The position numbers and the translations under genes were made by a program. From the NCBI GenBank assembly GCA_973895155.1, contig OZ316892.1, positions 167,646-231,645 of the forward strand: DNA of 64,000 bases, in the 5' to 3' direction. The stretch's first letter is position 1. The number at the start of each line of letters is the position of its first letter. The notes under the pieces were generated by a model that worked only from the letters and a program-made list of their open reading frames with translations, did not search any database and was not told where the DNA came from. This stretch comes from Marsupella aquatica (taxonomy: Eukaryota > Plantae > Marchantiophyta). Below, in pieces: positions 59,973-64,000 of this stretch.

Positions 59973-62900
59973 TGTGATGCCTAGACAGGAATCACTCGGC
60001 CGGTTAAGTGGGTAAAGCAGGAAGGCACCCTAGGAACACCTTAGTATAGGGACAAAACAAGGAAAATATAAACAATTAGGGGCAACCATGGAACCCGAGC
60101 AGAGGCCGGAGGTAAGGCTGAGGGTGAAAACCCGATTAGGGTTAGGGCGCGTTAAGCGTCGGCGGCTAGGAAGGATCAACGGGAAGAAGGACCGGCAGAG
60201 GAGAGGGGTAAGGAGCGCTTGCAGGAGATGGTGGCTCATTTTCGAGCATGAACTAGGCAGACGACTACGGGAGGCCAACTACTGTCAGCTGCTTAGGCAA
60301 GCACTCGGGGAGAGAGTAGATACCGATGATCGACCTAAGGAGGGTATGAGCAACGTCAATCAAGCGACACATTTCTGGGGATGCCTGTTCGAACGGGCAA
60401 CTGAGTACATCAAGACTTACGAGGACGAGGAGTCAGAAAGGGCAGCTCGAGAACGGCAGGAGCTCGCTCGATTGTGGGAGCTGCAGAAGACGGCTTTCTT
60501 AGGAGGCGAACTCATCAAGGACGAGTTCCTGTGGACGCCTACTTCCAATCAACTCGACGATCTTCTGTTTTGCAAAGACAGCGTCGTCGGCATCCGAGAG
60601 GCCATCAAGAACTGCAACGACATACACTGGGAATTAAAGGGTAGCACGGAAAGGTGGACCTAGGCAACGGTGCTAGGAGAAACCTCCACGGCAGCAGAGA
60701 TGAAGAGGAAGGGGGCCGTCAACGATGAAGCCACCCCGGCAAAAAGAACGAGGTCGGCGGCACCAAAGAGGCCAGCCGAGCAGCAGAGCAGGAGGCAGGG
60801 AGAAGTCGAAGAGGAGGAGGTTGATCCCATCAAGGCCATTCCAACCAGGGATGACACCTGGAAGGGCTGGGCGGCAACCCTACCGGTGGAGGTGCAACTA
60901 CATTTTGCACGGGAGGAGGATGCATGCTTTACGGCCATGCAGACCAAGAAGTACCAAGGCTTCATGGCCGGATCCGGCTTGGAGGCCTTTGTAAGATTAC
61001 CATGGCTGAAGCCGGAGGTACCGGAGTCAGACCTATTAGAATTCGTGGGGTCATGGGAACCCGAGACCAATTGCACGAGGATATATGGGAAGGATTTCTA
61101 TCTTACTCCCAAGGTAATTGCCGAAGTGTTTGGCTTGCCGATAGGCAATAAGACCAAAGTTGATACCAGGAAGACCCTGCCTGACAAGGAGTTCCGGTCG
61201 TTCCCCGGGCCATCAACGAAGAATGGCTTCTTCCGGAACACCTGCACCAACCCGCACATAGGAGAGATGATCGACTTCTTGCGGGTGACCATGCATTGTA
61301 ACTTGCCGAGGGCAGAGATCGGCAAGGCACAGGTCTATCTGGCAGAAAGGCCAGACCCAAGCCGGGACTACAATGGGTACCTCCTCAACCAATTGAAGAA
61401 GATCTTAAAGGAGGAGCAGCAGGTAATCGGCATGGGGAGCGTGTCGCGGCTTGGCTATCACATGCCGCTGTTGTGCCGGTATGCCAGAGGTCAGACTTTT
61501 GCCCCGGTACTTCCCCTGCAGGTAAGGGCACCCGAGGAAGCTCCAACGCCGAGGCCGTTGGCTGAGAAGCCTCAACCACCTGTTAGTCCTACGATCGAGC
61601 AGGTGTTTAGACCCAGGAAGGAAGACTTGCCGATGCAGCAACCAGGCATGCAGAGTCTGCTGAAACTACTGGAGAAAGAAAAGAAATCGGCATCGGCAAC
61701 AACAACGGCAATGGCAACAATGCAGGACACTACTACAGAGGTAGGCCTACACCGGCTCACAAGAGAAAACCCCTTTGCTGGAGACAAGGAGAGAATCAGG
61801 CCGGAATCCAAGCCAGGTGTTTGAATGTACGTGGGAACCTCAAGCTCCGAATCTGAGGCAGAATTGCCTGAAGCTCCTACCGACGAAGAGGAGAGGGAGA
61901 AGCTGGACGTCCAAGAGGTAGAGGAGGCAGTGGAGGACTGCAGCCATGATAATTCCGGCTATGGGTCGGACCATCACGTTCCAGGAGTAAGGACCTGTGG
62001 CCGGTTTGTCCCCACACTTCCAAGGGTAGTGCGAGGGGACCCCAACCAGCAGAGTAGCCCTGAGTCTCCCCCACCAGATGTTGCTCCCCCGAGCTTCGAC
62101 GGCATAAAACAGACGGTGCAGGAATTTCAGGAGCGAATCAAGCAGGAGGAAGAGGCCGCCCTGGCTAAGGAAAAGGATTTACCAGGAGGAGATTGGCCGG
62201 AGGACATCAGGCGGCTAGCCGAAAAAGGAAGCAAACCTCTAGCCACGATTGAAGAGATCCGCAGGACGGCTTGGGAGCAGAGGCCACGATGGGCGATGCC
62301 GATCACTTCTACTTACTCCACCTACGCTAAGAATAGAGCCATGGAGTATGGTGAGATGTGTGGGGAACTTGCGCTCGGCATCTTTGGAGAGGAGTTGGAG
62401 GTAGGACCCTTTTTCCATAGGGAGCAGTTGGAGAAGCACCAATTAGAAGAAGCGGTGGCTTTAGAGAGAAGCAAGAAGGACGAGGTCATTCGGCGGCTTA
62501 GGAGGATGGAAGCCGAGATTGAAGATCTAAGGGCGGCCAAGAAAGCCCAAGATGAACTGCGGATTAAACGACATGAGCTGAACATCATGCAAGGGCAGTT
62601 GGACACCGCGCAGGCTGATAATCAGAATATCAAGGATAAACTAACTCAGACGTAGGGAGAGTTGGCCGACACGATCAAAGAGAGGGAGAAGTGGAAGCAA
62701 GAGCTGAAGAATACAGAGGAGGCCCACATAACAGCCAACAGCCGGGCCATGGCGGAGACCCAAAGAAAGGAATGGGCGTTGAAAGGGGAGCTCGAGAAAA
62801 TCCGCGGAGCCCTTGAGCAGAAGGAGGTCGAGTTAGGGAAATCCTATCAAGGGATTATGGCGCTGCAGCAGGAGCTTGCGTCCCTGACGGCCAGCTTCAA

Positions 62901-64000
62901 GGCCGACCTAAGGGAGAAGGACGAGATGCTCGAACAGACTTACGCCAAGATGAACCAGATGGAGTCTGTCATCATTGCAGAGCTCGACAAGGAGCTAAGA
63001 GCAACCCAGGAGGAGAGGGCTACCTTGAAGAAGGAATTGGAGGAAGCCCACAGGGAGCAGGAGGAGGCCAAAAATGAGCTGGAGGGGGCACGTAAGGACC
63101 TGGATGAAACCCAAGAGGAGTTGGAGGAAATCACGAGGAAGATGGAGAACCTACAGCGGCGGGCCGACAACCAAACAGAGCGGCTGAAGAAACAAGCCGC
63201 AGTATTTAAATGCTTAGCTGCAGCAGGTCCATCTCCCGTTGGGACAAACCAGTTACCAGGGGTGGTAATTGCCGAAGGACAAGCCGCGCCAACTGCACCA
63301 GTGCCAGAAGTAAGTGGGAAGGGGAAGGGACCAGCTGCCGAGCCACCAACGAAGAAGAAGCGGAAACCTTCAGGGTCAAGGAGTAATACGACTTCACAGG
63401 CCGTGGTGATCAAGGAGGTAGACCCAGCACCGACCCCAGACAGGGTCACGGCTAAGGATCCAACTACCCTAGGGGAAGGGGAGGCCGAACCCGAGGGAGT
63501 GGCTGAAGCCGAAGCCGTGGGAGTGGCTGAGGCCGAAGCCGTGGGTATTCCCGAGGCCGGTGTCGAGGCTGAAGCCGAAGGTGGACCCAGTGAGGCCGAT
63601 GGAGAGTTGACTCAGTCAAGGGCAGGTAATCTGTCAGAGAATGAACCTACGGCAGTGGCTGAGGAGGAAGTGTTGGGGGCGTCCATTGAGGATCCACCAC
63701 CGGTGTCGTGACGGTGCAAGGGCGCCGTTCCTTTTAGGGAGGGCGGACGTGGAGGGAGGAGGCGTGAGTGGGCAGGGCGGGCGCGGATCTCCACGTTTAG
63801 GATTAGGATCAGAACCAGGAGCGGCCCTGACACTTAGCTTAGTGGGATTGCGGTCCCACTGGTAGGAGCAACACTTGTGCTCCTGCCTTGCTGTACATAG
63901 GTAGATTCGGGCAAGTAGATTACTGTCAGGTAGATTAGGCTTACGATGCAAAGAATGGCGGATCCACTACCAGGATAAGTACCTGGGCAGCGGGGAGCTC
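59973..64000 (+). mobile_element. Family A LTR, copy 4 (runs off the window end)
   Basis: Starts TGTGATGCCTAGACAGG and is near-identical to the 3' LTR; no pol/PPT upstream, so it is a solo or 5' LTR. Confidence 0.95.
60088..63711 (+). pseudogene. LTR-encoded 1,207-codon ORF, copy 4
   Basis: One frame with three stops (60661 TAG, 61822 TGA, 62653 TAG), each CAG or CGA in other copies. Confidence 0.88.

Noticed and set aside
1-64000. tRNA, rRNA or other RNA genes
   Set aside because: None recognisable by eye; PBS sequences are only short tRNA-complementary tracts.

Overview
Eukaryotic, fully transposon-derived window of nested insertions with no conventional host gene. It looks like a land plant, probably a liverwort or other bryophyte, which is an inference from the Ty1/copia Bianca-type, non-chromoviral Ty3/gypsy, L1-clade LINE and CACTA content. 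(1) A complete 15.55 kb Ty3/gypsy element (37235-52787, minus strand, TSD CCGCA) has ~4.66 kb LTRs that each carry a ~1,210-codon sense ORF (PMD/plant-transposon-like domain plus coiled coil). Two more copies of this LTR lie at 6314-10997 (solo, TSD GGGGT) and 59973-end. A G_GAU_UUU slippery site and hairpin sit between protease and RT. (2) Two further LTR families carry the same kind of domain inside their LTR-like units. (3) An intron-containing pseudogene, split by a 10.6 kb nested insertion, fuses a ParB/Srx-like domain (DGNHR) to a bacterial-type N4C/N6A DNA-methyltransferase-like domain. Ten copies of the 15-bp palindrome TAGCGCC-N-GGCGCTA lie in its introns and flanks, a candidate eukaryotic ParB/parS-like system. 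(4) Also present are a full-length Bianca-type copia element, an RT-deleted LINE, CACTA remnants with dense ACGT-motif clusters, and gag/protease remnants. Most stop codons are CAG/CGA/TGG transitions, consistent with methylation-driven decay. All domain calls are from motif recognition by eye, without database searches.
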